A DNA stretch of 63,946 nt, the filler included, from Vicugna vicugna (Eukaryota): assembly GCA_013265495.1 (NCBI GenBank). It is 75 parts of 73 records of this genome, joined end to end, with 100 filler letters (N's around TTAATTAATTAA, not from the genome) between each part and the next. Parts side by side here need not be neighbours in the genome. Positions count along the whole stretch, not along the records: positions 60,481 to 61,628 come from MU060435.1; positions 61,729 to 62,210 come from PNXW01014308.1; positions 62,311 to 63,043 come from PNXW01014310.1; positions 63,144 to 63,946 come from PNXW01014311.1; 71 more parts are not named here. The stretch is one strand, 5' to 3'. The position numbers and the translations under genes were made by a program. Each line of letters begins with the position of its first letter. Position 1 is the stretch's first letter. A model generated the notes under the pieces. It saw only the letters and a program-made list of their open reading frames with translations. It was not told the origin of the DNA and made no database searches. Positions 60,481 through 63,946 of the stretch are shown piece after piece.

Positions 60481-61628
60481 ACAAGCTAAGGGATTCTATT
60501 AGAACCCAGGCGCTGCTGTCTTTTGCAAGAGCCTCCTCACAATCAGGATACCTGAGCACGTCTCCGTGTGTGTGCTGGAGGTGGGGAAACAGATTCCACG
60601 CATCTTTATGGGGCACAGGTGTTCCAAGGTTGGGGAAGTAGTTTAAAACCCTCCACTACCCACAAAGATGCACTCGCTAATACTTGGCTTTAGAGCACAT
60701 CCCCCACCATCGATTACTGCTAGGCCTAGGAAAACACTTAAGGAAGTCAAGCTTAGGGATTCTATTAAATCCCAGGTGCTGCTGTCTGTTGGAGGAACCT
60801 CCCCACACTCAGAACCCCAGAACACTTCTTCCTGTGTGTGCTGGACGTGGGAAACAAAGCACACGCATTTTTCAGGGGTCACAGTAACTCCCAAGTTGTG
60901 CGTTGTAGTTTAAACATCTCCACTACCCATGGAGAGGCACACGCAGATACTTAGTTTTAGAGCCCAAATCCCACTTTCAACCACACACTGGCCTAGGCAA
61001 ACCATCAGGGAAGACAAGCAAAGGGATTCTATTAAAACCAAGACGCTGATATCAGTTGGAGGAACTNNNNNNNNNNNNNNNNNNNNNNNNNNNNNNNNNN
61101 NNNNNNNNNNNNNNNNNNNNNNNNNNNNNNNNNNNNNNNNNNNNNNNNNNNNNNNNNNNNNNNNNNNNNNNNNNNNNNNNNNNNNNNNNNNNNNNNNNNN
61201 NNNNNNNNNNNNNNNNNNNNNNNNNNNNNNNNNNNNNNNNNNNNNNNNNNNNNNNNNNNNNNNNNNNNNNNNNNNNNNNNNNNNNNNNNNNNNNNNNNNN
61301 NNNNNNNNNNNNNNNNNNNNNNNNNNNNNNNNNNNNNNNNNNNNNNNNNNNNNNNNNNNNNNNNNNNNNNNNNNNNNNNNNNNNNNNNNNNNNNNNNNNN
61401 NNNNNNNNNNNNNNNNNNNNNNNNNNNNNNNNNNNNNNNNNNNNNNNNNNNNNNNNNNNNNNNNNNNNNNNNNNNNNNNNNNNNNNNNNNNNNNNNNNNN
61501 NNNNNNNNNNNNNNNNNNNNNNTCAGGCAACAAAAGCGGGTAGACAAGTTAAGCGATTTTATAAGAACCAAGGCCCTGTTCTGAGTTGGAGGAGGCTGCC
61601 CAATCTCAGGATAACTGTGCAAGTGTTC
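60481..61628 (+). repeat. Satellite family D (D1-D2-D3)
   Basis: Anchors at 60481, 60747, 61014 (266 and 267 bp). Confidence 0.94.
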
Positions 61629-62310
61629 NNNNNNNNNNNNNNNNNNNNNNNNNNNNNNNNNNNNNNNNNNNNTTAATTAATTAANNNNNNNNNNNNNNNN
61701 NNNNNNNNNNNNNNNNNNNNNNNNNNNNAGGTGAGAAGGATGCAGGCTTTATCTCTCCTACCGGAGGCAGAGAGAGAAGAGAATTGAGATATGCTCCCCC
61801 GTGATCTCTTCCTGCCCCAGGTCTACTGCAGTTCACCTGCAGCCTTCTGGCCTCTGCTCAGAGGGCCTCTGTCCCAGGACTGACCTCAGCGTTTTCTTCC
61901 CTTGTCAATATTTCCTGTGCCTTTCAGAACTTGGTCTCTTCTCTGCAATTCAAACCTGGCAGATGTGATGGTGGTCAGCGTGCTGGTGGGCAGTCCTTTG
62001 GGGACCCCCAGGAGCCATGCTGATTCTCCTTAGTCACAGGAGCCATGCTGATTCTCCTGAGTCTCTCAATCGGGGTTACAGAACAGTCGAGCACCGAAGG
62101 AAGCCCATTCTCGAGATGTCAACAGAGCATTTCATCACTTTCATTTTATTTTTCAATTTTTGCTAGAGAAATTATTTGTAGTGAACTGTTCCAGATATTT
62201 GCCGCCTGCTNNNNNNNNNNNNNNNNNNNNNNNNNNNNNNNNNNNNNNNNNNNNTTAATTAATTAANNNNNNNNNNNNNNNNNNNNNNNNNNNNNNNNNN
62301 NNNNNNNNNN

Positions 62311-63043
62311 TGCCTTGGGTAGTCTGGCCATTTTAACAATATTGATTGTTCCAATCCAAGAACAGGGTACATCCTTCCCTTTGTTTATATCATCTTCAAT
62401 TTCTTTCATCAGGGTCTTACAGTGTTTGGAGTACAGGTCTTTTGCCTCTTTGGGTAGCTTGATTCCTAGGTATTTTGTTCCTTTTGGTACAATGGTAAAC
62501 GGTATTGTTTCCGTAACTTTTTTTTTATGCTATTTTGTTGTTAGTGTATAGAAATGCAACTGATTTCTGTATGTTAATTTTGTGACATTTCCTCGGTTCC
62601 TTTTTTTTAAAGCATATTGTTTAATACATAAGTGTTTGAAGATTTTCCTGATGCCTCCTGTTATTGAATTTTACTTTATTCTGTTATGTCAGAAAAATAC
62701 AGTGTATTATTTAATTTCTTTTAAATTTGTTGAGGTTTGTTTTATGAATCAGGATGAGTCTATCTTGGTGCGTGTTCCTTGGTTGCTGGGTATTCTGCTG
62801 TTGGGTGGAGTGTTCTATGAATGTCAGTTAACTCCTGGGGGTTGATGTTTTTGTTCACTTCTTTTGTAGATTCTCTAATTTTTTCTGTCTAGTAGTTCTA
62901 TTGATTGCTGAGTATGGTGCTGAAGTCCTAACTATAATTGTGGTGGCTCTCTCACTCTAACTTTTTTTTTTCAGTTCTGTCAAGTTTTATTTTATATCTG
63001 TGGGAACTCTGTTGTTTGGTGCATACACAGTTGGGATTGCTAT
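62311..63043 (-). mobile_element. LINE-1 ORF2 fragments (younger piece to ~62582 abutting an older endonuclease-region piece)
   Basis: ttgggtagtctggccattttaacaatattgattgttccaatccaagaac...tatagaaatgcaactgatttctgtatgttaattttgt; then ttaaatttgttgaggtttgttttatg...gtgctgaagtcctaactataattgtgg. Confidence 0.9.
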
Positions 63044-63239
63044 NNNNNNNNNNNNNNNNNNNNNNNNNNNNNNNNNNNNNNNNNNNNTTAATTAATTAAN
63101 NNNNNNNNNNNNNNNNNNNNNNNNNNNNNNNNNNNNNNNNNNNCTTAATTTGCCTTCAAGGACAAAACAATGTCTTGGTTTTTCCTGTGCTTCACCTTCT
63201 CCATCTTCTTTAGAGAAGTCTCTTCTCCTCATCCTCCTA

Positions 63240-63750
63240 CTGTTAGGGTAAACAAACATCTTGTCTCTATCAACACTCACTCCCTCTGGTGATATCCAAC
63301 CTGACTGCCTTTCAATTATCTTCTATATGCTAATGACTCATAAAGTCATATGTCTAGTCCAGACCTCCCTCTAGAAGTCTAGACTCATCCAGCTGATTTC
63401 TTTATTTCTCCACTGAACTCCTGATCTCACCCCATACAAACCTACTCCCTTGCATTCTTTAATTTTTTTCTTGATAGTGATTCCATCTTCACCACTGTTT
63501 AGGTCAAAACTGTGACATCTCTGGCTTCTCATTTTCTTTCATACTGCATTGTCTAGAACTTTGGATATATTTAAAATATCCAGAATGTGATCACTCTACC
63601 TGCACTGTTAACTACCCAAGTCTGAGTCACCATCATCTCCCATTTGGATATGCAAGCCTCTTTCCTTCTATGCTGCTTCTGCCCTTCCCTCTTGATGGTC
63701 TATTCTTAGCACAGCAGCTAAACCAATCTTTTCAACCATGAGTCAGATCG
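63240..63750 (+). mobile_element. LINE-2 fragment (RT YADD region and downstream)
   Basis: tatgctaatgac at 63326 (degenerate YADD), tccagacctccct, aaaatatccagaat, caccatcatctccc, cacagcagc, agtcagatc: typical L2 motifs. Confidence 0.8.
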
Positions 63751-63763
63751 GTCAATAGCCCTA

Positions 63764-63946
63764 TATCCATTCATCTCTTGATGACTTAGGTTACTTCCAT
63801 ACCTTGGCAATTATAAATAATGTGGCTATGAATAGTAGGGTGCATGTATCTTTTCAAATTAGTGTTTCTGTTTCTTTCAAATATATACCCAGGAGTGGAA
63901 CTGCTAGGTCATATGGTAGTTCTGTTTTTAGTTTTTTAAGAAACCT
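63764..63946 (-). mobile_element. LINE-1 ORF2 C-terminal fragment
   Basis: atccattcatctcttgatgacttaggttacttccataccttggcaattataaataatgtggctatgaa...tatatacccaggagtggaactgctaggtcatatggtagttct. Confidence 0.9.

Overview
This is not a contiguous locus. It is an artificial concatenation of many short (about 0.4-1.8 kb) unplaced mammalian scaffolds joined by a fixed 100-bp linker, N44-TTAATTAATTAA-N44, which places stop codons in all six frames. About half of the scaffolds are tandem satellite DNA from five families. A is a GC/CpG-rich homogeneous 267-bp monomer. D is a set of diverged ~263-267-bp monomers homologous to A, partly ordered as a ~800-bp trimer. B is a ~249-bp monomer with two subfamilies. 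C is an AT-rich ~741-748-bp trimer of ~247-bp subunits homologous to B. E is a degenerate 7-bp TATTCTA/TAGAATA-based satellite, including one perfect 62-bp array. The rest are eutherian transposable-element fragments (LINE-1, L2, Tigger1, ERVL/MaLR, LTR-like pieces, a tRNA-Ala-derived SINE resembling camelid Vic-1) and short unique pieces. The SINE points to a camelid genome (inference). No intact protein-coding gene, RNA gene or CRISPR array is supportable, and almost all listed ORFs are artefacts of N-runs or satellites. The most interesting real signal is the satellite architecture: two superfamilies (A/D and B/C), each present as both a homogeneous monomeric array and a diverged trimeric higher-order repeat.
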